Made by a program: the position numbers and the translations under genes
Origin: Cyanophyceae cyanobacterium
Lineage (GTDB): Bacteria; Cyanobacteriota; Cyanobacteriia; Cyanobacteriales; Laspinemataceae
Reading direction: 5' to 3'
DNA length: 64,000 nt
NCBI GenBank assembly: GCA_038321985.1
Contig: JBBQFN010000001.1
Coordinates: 439,253-503,252, forward strand
Notes under the pieces: model-generated
What the model saw: the letters and a program-made list of their open reading frames with translations, nothing else
Databases searched by the model: none
What the model was told of the DNA's origin: nothing
Part shown: positions 32,922 through 43,878 of the stretch, piece by piece
Layout of the letters: each line of letters opens with the position of its first letter
Position numbering within the stretch: the first letter of the stretch is position 1

Positions 32922-33386
32922 ATGTCCGTTGCAACTCCTTACGCGAACGCGCCTGATGTCTCAACCGAAGATTATTTAGTAATCGGGTTAGCTACTTGTT
33001 TTCTCAAGCTAGATGGGGAAATTCATCAGGTCCAAGTTATAGAACCGATCCCGTCAGCCGCCTTAGAAGCGATTTTTAAGGGAGTTCCCACCTCCTACCA
33101 AATGGCTTGGGCCACAACCCTCGGTGCAGTGTTGGAGGGCGATCAGCCGAAATTCCCCGAGGGGTTCCCCGCTGATGCTCAATTCTGCGATGATTTTCCA
33201 GAACGGGCGATCGCGACAGTTCGCACCTATCAACACCGTCCTGAAGCTTGCGAGGCGATCGCCCTGGGTTCAACTCATAGCGAATTTAACTATTCGATTG
33301 AGCGTAAGCGTGTTCTTAATTCCGATAACATTGTTCGCCCGGAGGATAACGTTAAGCAACACGAATACACTCATCAGGTCTTGTAA
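32922..33386 (+). CDS. Conserved hypothetical cyanobacterial protein
   Basis: Coding-like ORF with DYLVIGLATCF...EPIPSA...DNVKQH; function unknown. Confidence 0.7.
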   Translation: MSVATPYANAPDVSTEDYLVIGLATCFLKLDGEIHQVQVIEPIPSAALEAIFKGVPTSYQMAWATTLGAVLEGDQPKFPEGFPADAQFCDDFPERAIATVRTYQHRPEACEAIALGSTHSEFNYSIERKRVLNSDNIVRPEDNVKQHEYTHQVL

Positions 33387-33564
33387 TGGGTCAGAATTGA
33401 GTTGGGGGGGGAGTGCGGCTTTAACCCGATGACTTTTCCCAACTGAATATTTATCAAAAATGAGGGATGAATCATTGTTTTATAAGTGATAGTTCATTTC
33501 TCATTTTTATGACCCCTTTGATTGAGGGAATCAACCCGAATGCGTTATTCAGAAAAATTTAACC

Positions 33565-34320
33565 ATGAGTGAAAATCCACCGCTTTCTTTAGGAGAACAA
33601 AATTATCAAGACTTTGCGGAACGCTATGCCGCAGCCATTGAAACTAAACCTCATAATGCCTATTATGAACGTCCCGCTACCCTGTCCTTATTGCCTAATG
33701 TAGCAGGATTGCGCGTTTTAGATGCGGGATGTGGTCCAGGAATTTATACCCACTGGTTGCTCGATCGCGGTGCGGAAGTGGTCGCCTGTGATGTGACACC
33801 GAAAATGGTGGAAATTACTCGGCAACGAGTGGGAAATTCTGCTGATGTATATTGTGCGGATTTGGATCACCCCCTGAGTTTTGCCGGGGATGGCGAGTTT
33901 GATTTAGTGGTTTGTCCCTTGGTGTTGGACTATCTTTTAGACTGGTTGCCTGTGTTTCAGGAGTTTTTTAGAGTGTTAAAAGCGGGTGGCATTTTAGTAT
34001 TTTCCTGTGGTAATCCTACCGCAGATTTTATTTATAGTTGCCAGCAAAAAGGAGAGTTAGCTAATTATTTTGAAGTAGAAGATTTTGTAATGGAATGGCG
34101 ATTATTTGGCAAGCCTTACCCGATTATTAAATCCTATCGACGACCGTTACAAGCAATTTTAAATCCGTTAATGCAGGCGGGGTTTATGTTGGATAAAATC
34201 CTGGAAACTCAGCCGACGGAATCTTTTAAAAGAGCGGATGCTGAGGGATATGAACATTTGATGCGATCGCCCGGTTTTATTTGTGTTCGTTCGCGCAAAT
34301 TGGTACAGGTTTTGGGTTAA
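33565..34320 (+). CDS. Class I SAM-dependent methyltransferase
   Basis: VLDAGCGPG motif I; FDLVV and RVLKAGG motifs. Confidence 0.9.
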   Translation: MSENPPLSLGEQNYQDFAERYAAAIETKPHNAYYERPATLSLLPNVAGLRVLDAGCGPGIYTHWLLDRGAEVVACDVTPKMVEITRQRVGNSADVYCADLDHPLSFAGDGEFDLVVCPLVLDYLLDWLPVFQEFFRVLKAGGILVFSCGNPTADFIYSCQQKGELANYFEVEDFVMEWRLFGKPYPIIKSYRRPLQAILNPLMQAGFMLDKILETQPTESFKRADAEGYEHLMRSPGFICVRSRKLVQVLG

Positions 34321-34401
34321 AAATTGGCAATTTGGTTTTGAATTGAGTCAGGAATATCATAAACTCAGAATCAGGTGATACTGGATTGACTGGAGGGACA
34401 A

Positions 34402-34839
34402 ATGGAACTGATGACGGAACGGATTGAATCAGTTAAAGCAGGGGCGATCGCCGGATTTTCCGTGGCAGTCGCCTGGGAGGTGACCGGTTTAGGGAATCAG
34501 TTGATATTATCTTCTGGGGTTGAGAGTTGGGCGATTTTCCCCGAATGGCAGCGCTTGTGGTTAAGTGGTGCAAGTGCGGGGGTTGCCGGCTTTTTGTTTG
34601 GGGTGACTTATCGTTATATTATCCGGGATGATGTCAATCCTCACCTGAAATCGGGGGCAGTATTTGCCTTTGGATTAGTCCGGGGTTTGGCTCAAATTGA
34701 GGTAGGATTAAGCAATCAAAGTAATATTTTACCAGTGGTTGTGGCAGCGATTGAAAGTATTTTAATGTTTGCGGTAGCCAGAGTTTTATTAGATGCTGCG
34801 ATCGCCCGTCATTGGGTTAAGCCTTTTTCTAATTTCTGA
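34402..34839 (+). CDS. Small conserved membrane protein
   Basis: ERIESVKAG, LFGVTYRY and HLKSGAVFAFGLVRGL; about four TM segments. Confidence 0.75.
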   Translation: MELMTERIESVKAGAIAGFSVAVAWEVTGLGNQLILSSGVESWAIFPEWQRLWLSGASAGVAGFLFGVTYRYIIRDDVNPHLKSGAVFAFGLVRGLAQIEVGLSNQSNILPVVVAAIESILMFAVARVLLDAAIARHWVKPFSNF

Positions 34840-34863
34840 CTCGCCCTCCCCTTGCTAAGGGGT

Positions 34864-36050
34864 AGGGCTGTTTCATTCTAAAGGGCAATCGAGAAAAGAA
34901 AAGGCGTTCTCTCTGCTATAAAATGGAAGAGAACACCTTATTTTTTTAAATCATGTCTATTTTAATCGATTTCCTCAAGCAAGTCAAGGACTTCCGAAGA
35001 GCCAAAGGAACAAGACATCCACTGTGGTTCATACTACTGATTATTATCTTGGGACTTATGAACCGCCATGTCGGCTATCGTGCTTTAGGAGATTTTGCTA
35101 AATTTAATCGTAAAATTCTTATCAAGATTGGCAGATTAGCTAAAAATAGAGTGCCACCATATTCTACAATTAGAAGAGCAATGGAAGGGATTAACAATGC
35201 TTGTTTAATCGATATTTTTAATCAATGGGCCGCTCAACTCCCTCCGGAAAATATTTTAGAAAACTGGGTAGCAATTGATGGCAAAAGTATCCGAGCTACG
35301 GTTGAAAACTATCGGAATAATCAGCAAAATTTTGTCTCAATTGTTTCGGCGTTTTGTCAAGAGAATAAATTAGTATTTGCCTTGCATAAATTGGAAAACA
35401 AGAAGGGTACGGAAATCAAGGTAGCCAGAAAAATCATTGAAAACCTACCTTTTAACAAGGTTGTATTTACGTTTGACGCACTCCATTGCCAAAAAGAAAC
35501 TGTGAAGCTCATTCGGAATAAGGGGTGTGACTACTTGGTGTCGGTCAAGGAAAATCAACCTAAACTATATAAGGAAATTCAGAAAATTGCTCAGAAATCA
35601 AAGCCCTTAAGCCAGCATCAGTTTTTTGACTCCAAGCATGGTCGCCAGGTGACGAGAACTATATCGGTATTTCCCGTGAATAAATTCATCACTTCAAACT
35701 GGCAGGACTCTCAAGTCTGTATCCAGGTAAAACGAGAGGGGATAAGAGAAAAAGATAAACCTTATTACCATCTAGCTTATTACTTGTGTAGTCGCCCCGG
35801 AAATGCTGAGGTGTTTGCCAAAAAGATTCAAGGTCATTGGTCTATTGAGAATCAACTACATTGGCCAAAAGATGTGGTTTTACAAGAAGATTCATATCCC
35901 ATCCATAATCCTGAAGCGGCTACCAACTTGTCAGTTCTTAAAACCCTAGGAATGAATCTTTTCAGAAGTTTCGGGTTTGACTCAATAACTCAAGCTCAAC
36001 GTTGGCTGGCTCATCATCCTGAGCGACTCTGTATTTTAGAGAATATTTAA
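34864..36050 (+). mobile_element. ISAs1-family insertion sequence (transposase CDS 34953-36050); right end unclear
   Basis: AIDGKSIR, TFDALHCQK, YLVSVKENQPKL and HWSIENQLHW motifs; candidate left end agggctgtttcattc at 34864; AT-rich with no HIP1 seen. Confidence 0.92.
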
Positions 36051-36098
36051 CGGCCTGTTTTTCAAGGCAATCTACTTTTTCGTCTAAATCTATGACGA

Positions 36099-37790
36099 TT
36101 GTATCGTTTAGAGCGAGGTCCTTTTTGTGACAATCGCCAAACTTTAGAATTCTGGCAACAAATGGCAGTCAGTTATATTCAAGAAGGCGGTTCCCCTTGT
36201 TCCCGATTCCAAGACTACCTGCAAAAAAGCGATCGCCTCATGGGGTACAAACTCCAGGATATCTGGAAAGACGGCAAGGCGATCGTCAATGCTAAACATT
36301 ATACCGAAGACCAACCCTTTCTCGACGCTTCTCGCCAATATTTAACCATCAATACTCCCCTCAAAGATTTGATGTTTCGCCACACTCGCGATACCTTGCG
36401 CCAATATTATCGCCGAGGTTTGTTGGATCGCGATATTCCCCAACGGGAAGTGCAGGATCATGCGATCGTCTTAGAAGGCGATCGGGAAATCCCTCTCTAT
36501 TGCGCTGTCAGTGACTATGTTCGCCACTTTTATAATCGTGCCCAAAAAGACAACCGCAAAGCGTTAGGATTTCTCATGACCCTCTACCGCAAACGCCTCA
36601 CCAGTTCCTTTTATGCCATCCGCGAATCTTTGCAACGCCGCCTCAATGGTATCAGTATTACCGCAGATGACCTCAATGATTTAGAGGATGCCGATGATGC
36701 TATTTTAGAAGGAATGGAGTCCTATTTTGAACAAACGGACCCGGAAGAAATCGCCTATTTAGAAAACTTACTTCGCCAATTTGAAAATACCGGCGATGAT
36801 AGCAAACTGTCTTATTTTATCACAATTTTGCGCCAGGAACTCAACCAACGAGAAAGTGCCATTGTGTTTACCCAATATACGGACACAATGGACTATTTGC
36901 GAACTGCCTTACAGCAATTATATGGGTCCCAAGTCGCCTGCTATTCTGGACGCGGTGGCGAACTTTACGAGGCGGGAACCTAGAAAACCTTGCCCAAAGA
37001 GCAAATTAAATCCCAGTTTCGAGAAGGAATCATCAAAATTTTACTCTGTACCGAATCCGCCTCAGAAGGGCTAAACCTGCAAACTTGCGGCATTTTAATT
37101 AACTATGATATGCCTTGGAATCCGATGCGAGTGGAACAAAGAATTGGCCGATTAGACCGGATTGGGCAACGGTATGAAACGGTGAGAATTCATAACTTTT
37201 ATTATGATGGGACTGTCGAGGCTAAGGTTTATAAAAAACTGCGCGATCGCATTAATGCTTTTCAAACCATTGTCGGAAATCTCCAACCCATCCTCGCCCG
37301 CGTTCCCACCTTTATTGAACGGGCCGTCATGAGTGCGGACCCGGAAGAAGAAGGGGTGATGCTGAGTGAATTCGAGACCGTTTTAGACGCGCCGCCCTTA
37401 CGTCCCGCCCTCGATGAAATGGTACAAATCGATGTAGAATCGGACCTGAAAGAAATTAGCAAGCCCTTACCATTAACTCCTATTATATCAGAAACCATCC
37501 AATATCTATTTATTAATTCTAAACATTTTAAAAAACTTCATATTAAATTTTATCCCGTCTCTGAGGGGATATTTCAACTGGTGGATAAGTCTGATAATTA
37601 TCGGGTTACATTTTCTCCCCAGGTTTACGAAGAAAACCCCTCCTTACACTTTTTAAATTTTGGGAATCCCCTATTTGAAAACCTACTGAATCGGCTGGTG
37701 AGGAAAACAGCCCTCCGCCAGAGTGACCCTGAAGAAAAAAGCCCTAAACTTTCTCCGGTTTCTGCACCACTGCCGGAAGTCGGCAAGTGA
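36099..37790 (+). pseudogene. 5'-truncated SNF2/SWI2-type helicase with an in-frame TAG at 36981-36983
   Basis: Two ORFs in the same frame separated by TAG; motifs KRLTSS, IVFTQYTDT, ESASEGLNLQ and NYDMPWNPMRVEQRIGRLDRIGQ; the Walker A/DExH N-lobe is absent. Confidence 0.88.
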
Positions 37791-39642
37791 AACTAGACCC
37801 TAATCCGGGCTGACTTTCTACCGTGATACTTCCCCCCATCATCCGACAGAAATTCTGACCGATCGCCAACCCTAAACCTGTCCCGCCATATTTTCGAGTA
37901 TATTTCTCATCGGCTTGGACAAAAGGCTGAAATATTTTCTGAATTTGTTCATCAGTCATACCGATGCCGGTATCGGTTACCGTAAACACAAAAATCTCCG
38001 TATCGGGATTTGAGGGGGATTCTTCGCCAAAGGTGACTCCCGCGATGCGTTCCACGGAAAAGGTGATTTGACCATTTTGGGTAAACTTAGCGGCATTACT
38101 CAGCAGGTTGAGAAGCACCTGCTTAACCTTGCTGCGATCGGCAATCATGGTCCCCAGTTCGTCCCCATACTTTACCTCAAATTGATTACCATTTTTAAGC
38201 ATTGAAACTTGCGTATGGCTTTGAACTTCGGCAATGAGGGCGGCCATATTAAACTTTTCTAAATACAGCTTCGTATGACCCGCTTCGATTTTAGAAATAT
38301 CCAGAATATCACTGATAATCGTGAGCAAATGCAACCCAGATTGATGAATTTGCTCTAAGTCACATACAAATTCCTCTAATCCCTCTTCCTGGGCTTGGTC
38401 CCGCAACAAGTCACTATACCCCAAAATCCCATTCAGAGGGGTTCGCAACTCATGACTCATCGTGGCTAAAAACATACTTTTAGCATGGCTGGCGGCTTCT
38501 GCCGCTTCCTTGGCCTGTTCTAATTCTAATTGAGTTAATTTATTCCCCGTGATATCCCGGATAATTGCCAATACTTGTTGATGACCGCTGACTACCATCC
38601 GCACTTCAAAATAGCGGCGGGTTTCATTGATAAACCAATCATATTCAAAAATTTGGATATCATCGGTTTCCAAAGCAATTTGTACATATTTTAAATACAG
38701 ACGGGCTAATCCTGGAGGCAAAATATTGTCTAGGTTTTGAGCTAATAAATCCCCGGCAGGACGCAGCAGGGTATCGCCTCTTCCCCCCTTAAAATCCATG
38801 AAGGTCCCATCTTGGCTAAATTGCAACATTAAATCTGGAATCGCTTCAAGGAGGGCACGATTTTTCGCTTCACTTTGATGCAGGGCTTCTGCACGTTCCT
38901 CTAGGGTGGCGATCGAGGCTTTCAGTTGCTCAGTCATGCTATTAAAAGATTCCGCCAGGAGGAAGAGTTCATCATGACTCCCAACTACAATCGTTTGATC
39001 GAGGTCTCCCTCAGCTAGGCGCTCAGTGGCAGCGGTCATTTCCTGTAGGGGTCTGGTGATGGAACGCGCCAGCACCAAGGCGAAGAGGGTTCCTACCAAG
39101 GTTGCGCTTACGGCAGCCATCATCCCTTGATTGCGAATTGCCACCATTTTTTCCCGCAAATCGGTGGTAGATAGGCCGATACTGACAGCTCCGAGTAACT
39201 GATCCTCTCGAATGACGGCTTTCCCCGCAACCAGGCGATCGCCTTGCCATTGAAAAACGGTCTGGTTACTGTTAACCAGAATTAGTCCCAAGGCATCAGG
39301 TTCGGTATTGTAGCGCCAAATTTCATCGCTATAAATATCAGCAATCAGTCGTCCGTCCCGTCCATAGATGCGCCCAACTACCAACACTTGCTCGCTGCCA
39401 AGTTCTTGGAGAATTTCTTCTAAAAAATCTGTCTCTTGGCTTTGGAGTGCATGACCCGTGGTCACGGCTAAGGTGGTGAGTACAATTTCAGCCTTATTTT
39501 CGAGTTCGCTGCCGAAGTTTTGTTGGGTGCGACGAAGGAAAAGCCCGGTGACACTCCCCACGGTAACCACGGCTAACGTAGTCATCGCTAACGTTAGTTT
39601 ACTGGCAAGGGAAAGACCTCTTCTCCTGTTAAAGATAACCAT
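37744..39642 (-). CDS. Membrane sensor histidine kinase (TM-periplasmic-TM-HAMP-PAS-HK)
   Basis: [24 protein letters not shown] and GGTGLGL motifs. Confidence 0.93.
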   Translation of the reverse strand: MVIFNRRRGLSLASKLTLAMTTLAVVTVGSVTGLFLRRTQQNFGSELENKAEIVLTTLAVTTGHALQSQETDFLEEILQELGSEQVLVVGRIYGRDGRLIADIYSDEIWRYNTEPDALGLILVNSNQTVFQWQGDRLVAGKAVIREDQLLGAVSIGLSTTDLREKMVAIRNQGMMAAVSATLVGTLFALVLARSITRPLQEMTAATERLAEGDLDQTIVVGSHDELFLLAESFNSMTEQLKASIATLEERAEALHQSEAKNRALLEAIPDLMLQFSQDGTFMDFKGGRGDTLLRPAGDLLAQNLDNILPPGLARLYLKYVQIALETDDIQIFEYDWFINETRRYFEVRMVVSGHQQVLAIIRDITGNKLTQLELEQAKEAAEAASHAKSMFLATMSHELRTPLNGILGYSDLLRDQAQEEGLEEFVCDLEQIHQSGLHLLTIISDILDISKIEAGHTKLYLEKFNMAALIAEVQSHTQVSMLKNGNQFEVKYGDELGTMIADRSKVKQVLLNLLSNAAKFTQNGQITFSVERIAGVTFGEESPSNPDTEIFVFTVTDTGIGMTDEQIQKIFQPFVQADEKYTRKYGGTGLGLAIGQNFCRMMGGSITVESQPGLGSSFTCRLPAVVQKPEKV

Positions 39643-39647
39643 GCCCC

Positions 39648-40004
39648 TTACCTATGTTTTACCCATAAATATAACTCCGGCATTTTGACCCTACACTGAG
39701 ACGGAGCAAATCTATCCATTTGGGCAGGCGTGCTCACCGGAAGGAGTAGAACTTGGGCCTTAACTCTTTCGAGTATATCGGAGGGGGGAGAAGAGAGGGT
39801 CACCGGGTGACTCCCCAGAACATTGCAGCCGCGATCGCCGTCGGTCGGGGGTACCGTCGTGTTACTTAAGGGTGAGATGTCCGGAAAGGATGCAACTGTG
39901 GATTGACAACCCCAACTGATTGCTGTGGCAGTCGCACCCCCCCGAGTAATGGCTCTTAAGTGGTTTTTGAGCATGAGGTTACGGTTTGGGTTTATCAAAT
40001 TCAT
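39648..40004 (-). pseudogene. Possible internally deleted relic of a substrate-binding lipoprotein
   Basis: Lipobox-like ISWGC; ends 5 bp before the kinase start; the C-terminal portion resembles, from memory, cyanobacterial PhnD-like binding proteins. Confidence 0.35.
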
Positions 40005-40243
40005 GGGTGTAAAGCCCGGTCCTTCGTGAGACGGCGTTTAATCGAGGTGTTACCATTGCCTATGTCCACCTCCTTTAAGTTAGCACTGCCTACCCTGGGG
40101 CACAGGGCCTCAGTTAAACAGTTCTGGAGAGATCCCCTCTAGCCAGGGTGGGGAAACCCCGCACTATTAGAAAAGTTGCTTCCCGAAGAAAATTAAGCCT
40201 AATGCTTAGAATCCCTGTCTATTCAGAGCGCCGAGGATGTCAA
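40005..40243 (+). mobile_element. Non-autonomous, degenerate IS200/IS605 (tnpB)-derived element retaining an omegaRNA-like region
   Basis: Left end gggtgtaaagcccggtccttcgtgagacggc; tnpB-3'-like taccctggggcacaggg...ttaaac...ggagagat..cctcta; right end gaatccctgtctattcagagcgccgaggatgTCAA. Confidence 0.65.
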
Positions 40244-40670
40244 CCCCTAGTTTTTTAATATTACTACTCGGCAAATTAGTCGTTTTTTTGGCAGCAAACA
40301 TCCGGTTTCTGGTCTCCTTGATCTACTCCTGAATCGATGACTGAAACGATCGCCCCTCGCCCCTGTCAGCTTTCCCGTTCTGAAGTAGGGGCGATCGCGA
40401 GTGTTAATACTCACGGATTCCCCTGGATCCGACCAGAGTGACTGCCCTGTGAAGTCAATCCGATGGAAAATACTGAAACTATTCGACCATTCTACCAAAT
40501 CCCTCGGACCCCATGCCGAGTCTATCCCTACTCAGTAATTTTACGGGGTTTTTTCCAGGTCTCCAAAAAATTTACAGGGGTCGGGTTTTTCTCCAATTCC
40601 TGTGGGTAAGTTTTGCACCCAAGGCGATCGCCCGGGTCCATTTCCTGGGAAAAGCCCAGGCTAATTATAC

Positions 40671-42599
40671 TTAATCCACGGCCCAGGATACATTCTTCGG
40701 GGGGTTAACCGTGACCGGGAGACATACGGTGAAAGTCGAACCAATCTCAGACTGACTTTCCACAAAAATCTTACCCCCCATCAGCTTACAAAAGCGTTGG
40801 CCGATCGCCAATCCTAAACCGGTCCCCCCATATTTGCGGGTTGTGGAGGGGTCCGCTTGGGCAAATGCCTTAAAGATATGCTGCTTCTGTTCCGGGGTGA
40901 TACCAATTCCGGTATCTTTTACCCGGAAAATTGCATATTCAGTGGCGTTTATAGCCTCAGATTCTAGAGAAGATTGAGCCGGCGCATCCTTCGCCGTTTT
41001 TTCCTTGATAATCTTTTTAACGGACATAGAAACCGTCCCGGATTTGGTGAATTTGGCGGCATTGCTCAGTAGATTTAACAACACCTGCTTAACCTTCGTG
41101 CGATCGGCATACATACTGCCAATATTTCGAGGGCATTGGATCTCTAGCTGATTACCATTTTTCTGAACCAAAGGCAAAATCGTAGTCTGCACTTCCAAGA
41201 GCAATGTAGAGATATCAAAAGTTTCTAAACATACCGTCATTTTTCCGGCTTCTAGCTTGGAAATATCCAGAACATCGCTGATAATTCCCATCAAGTTTTT
41301 CCCGGCTTGTCTGATTTTTTCTAAATCAGAAACAAAATCTTCATAGCCTAACTCTTCCGCTTCTTCTTCCAGTAAATCGGTATAACCAATAATGGCATTC
41401 AGGGGAGTTCGGAGTTCATGACTCATGTTAGCCAGAAAAACACTTTTAGCATAATTTGCAGCTTCAGCGGCTTCCTTGGCTTGTTGCAATTCAAACTGGG
41501 CTAATTTACTTTCCGTAACATCCCGAACAATTGCCAACACTTCATTATCCCCACACAGAGCAAAGCGGGCTTCAAAATGGCGACGTTTTCCGTTGATAAA
41601 CCACTCATATTCAAAAACTTGAATATCCCGAGTCTGTAAGGTGCTATTAACGTATTTTAAATAAAGATCAGCCAGTTCGGGAGGAAAAACCAATTCCACG
41701 CTTTTTTGTAACAATTCACCTTGAGGTTTTAAAATTGTATCGCCTCTTCCTCCTTTGTAATCAATAAAAGTCCCCTCCTCGCTAAATCCAAACATTAAAT
41801 CCGGAATTGCCATCAGCAAGGCCCCGTTTTTAGCTTCGCTTTGATGCAAATCCGCAGTCCGGTCCGCCATATTTTCAAAGAGTTCTCTGAGGCGATCGCT
41901 CATGGTATTGAACGAGTGAGTCAGCAGGCCAATCTCTTCGTAAGCTGGAATTTCAATAGTTTGGGTGAAGTCCCCTTCTGCAATACCTTCCGTGGCTGAA
42001 CCCAACTGGTACAAGGGGCTAGTTATCGACCGCGCCAGCATTCGAGCAACCACTACCGCCACAAACCCAGTGAGTAGGGTTGCCAAAATTCCCGTTATAC
42101 TGGCAATAAACATCTGCCGATCTAACAGGGCAGTAGAGAGTTCTATCTCCAGGGCCGCGACGGGGCGGCCTTCTACGATGACCGCTTTCCCTGCAATCAA
42201 ACGCTGATCCTGCCAACGATACCGGGTGAGATCGGTCTCTAGGAGTTCCGCCCCAAAGAGGTCTACCGGGTCGTTGGCTTCCGCTTCGGGAGAATCCTGG
42301 GCAATGACCTGTCCGTTGGTTTGATAAATGCGCGTTGAAAGCGCAATTTCTCGCCGCTGGTTCTCGTCAACTAGGGTTTGCAGAAACTCGCTGTCTCCTT
42401 CACCCAGCGCATTCCCCACACTGATCGCCAGGGTCTCTAGTAACTGATCCGCTTGTTGTTCAAGCTGTTTTCGCAGAGTTTGTTGCTGACTCCAAATCGC
42501 GATCGCCGTGATGGTTGCCATCGCGACCAGGGTTAAGGTCGTCACAGAGAGCGTAAGCTGGGTAGTCAGAGACCGTTTTTTTCTGATGAATTTTCCCAT
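40671..42599 (-). CDS. Membrane sensor histidine kinase (TM-periplasmic-TM-HAMP-PAS-HK), paralog of 37744-39642
   Basis: SHELRTPLN; shares [17 protein letters not shown] and KGGRGDT with its neighbour. Confidence 0.93.
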   Translation of the reverse strand: MGKFIRKKRSLTTQLTLSVTTLTLVAMATITAIAIWSQQQTLRKQLEQQADQLLETLAISVGNALGEGDSEFLQTLVDENQRREIALSTRIYQTNGQVIAQDSPEAEANDPVDLFGAELLETDLTRYRWQDQRLIAGKAVIVEGRPVAALEIELSTALLDRQMFIASITGILATLLTGFVAVVVARMLARSITSPLYQLGSATEGIAEGDFTQTIEIPAYEEIGLLTHSFNTMSDRLRELFENMADRTADLHQSEAKNGALLMAIPDLMFGFSEEGTFIDYKGGRGDTILKPQGELLQKSVELVFPPELADLYLKYVNSTLQTRDIQVFEYEWFINGKRRHFEARFALCGDNEVLAIVRDVTESKLAQFELQQAKEAAEAANYAKSVFLANMSHELRTPLNAIIGYTDLLEEEAEELGYEDFVSDLEKIRQAGKNLMGIISDVLDISKLEAGKMTVCLETFDISTLLLEVQTTILPLVQKNGNQLEIQCPRNIGSMYADRTKVKQVLLNLLSNAAKFTKSGTVSMSVKKIIKEKTAKDAPAQSSLESEAINATEYAIFRVKDTGIGITPEQKQHIFKAFAQADPSTTRKYGGTGLGLAIGQRFCKLMGGKIFVESQSEIGSTFTVCLPVTVNPPKNVSWAVD

Positions 42600-43379
42600 G
42601 AAAATGATGTGTTTAGACCCGCCTAGACCCCGCCTTAGAATCTCTTGTGGTCAAGATCAACAGTGGGGGGCTTGAATTGCCTCTATTATGAACTTTTTTA
42701 CCCGTTGTTGCTCAACTTTGATTTACACCCTTGGGAATGGTTATAAACTATGTTGACAGTTTTGAGACCAATCTGTTATATTTATTCACATTTTATAAAA
42801 ATTATTTTCAATTTTAGGAAGAGGACTTACTAAAAGTTTCAACCCTTACGTGTTGATATAGGGGCGCTCACCGCAGCCCCGTTACCCACTAAAGGGGCTG
42901 CATCCGTCGTAAAAAAATCATTTGAGCATCATCCGAGTTGACGTCCCTGCAAAGGGAAAAAGGGGATTTATAACAAGTCCACTAAGTTTTACGCGGGTTT
43001 TACGGGGGTTTAGGGTGCAGGAGTGTCCTTGCCTCTAGATTCTAGAGAGGGGCGATCGAGTAAACCTGTGGCTTTCCATGCCCAATAAACCGTAAAAGCC
43101 CGGCCCAATTGGTGAAAGGCTTTTTCTACTTCCTCAGATGAATTAATGGATTCGGGAGTGGGGGGAGTTTTTTGTCCATTCATTGTTGTGAATCCGGAAT
43201 AATAGTGAGGTCAGTCTATAATCAGCGATCGCCGGGAAAATCTAGGTAACTGAAGTCAGCGATCGCCTATGATTAAACAGGAGTTTAGGAGTGAGGCAGA
43301 TAACTGACAGATCTGACCTTGATCGAGTAAAGCAGCGATGTCAATTCTCCCCAGACTTTCCTTTCCCTCCATTTCGGTA

Positions 43380-43583
43380 CTAACTTCCCCCGGGCAGAAA
43401 AGTTTGCTGGATCATCTGTTCCCCCGGTGCCATCTCCGGGTCCCGTTTTTCCTGCACTTTTTGCCCATCAAATGGGGTATCATTATTAGGATTTTCTGTT
43501 GGGGGGTCTACATCCCGATCAATAGAATTTGGGGGTTCTTTGGCGCTAGAAAAATCGATTAGCTTCCGTTCGGGTTTAGGCAT
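43380..43583 (-). CDS. Small acidic, Pro-rich hypothetical protein (67 aa)
   Basis: GAGGA Shine-Dalgarno 8 nt before the ATG; standalone ORF in a long intergenic region. Confidence 0.55.
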   Translation of the reverse strand: MPKPERKLIDFSSAKEPPNSIDRDVDPPTENPNNDTPFDGQKVQEKRDPEMAPGEQMIQQTFLPGGS

Positions 43584-43878
43584 AGTTCGTTTCCTCTAAT
43601 CAGGCTCAAAAAATTAGGCAGGGATCCAAAATTCACCCAGAAATTGCCCCTTTAATCCGGAAAAATCTTTCAAAAATTGCTAGAGAATACTCCGCAATTC
43701 CTTTATTTTTTATTAAAACCAAAAGAATTTCCTCTATCCATAGGAAGAAATGAGAAACAGCAGGAAGGGGTACCGCTTATAAAAAGTACGGAATGGGAGA
43801 CGCAAGCCTAATTTTTGATCCTGATGGAGATGACAGATCAAATCCCTAAGTAGGGCCAGAACTCTTAAAATTACCTAC

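Noticed and set aside
36981..36983. Programmed amber readthrough or pyrrolysine in the helicase
   Set aside because: The gene is also 5'-truncated and no recoding machinery is visible; a single-base nonsense mutation is simpler.
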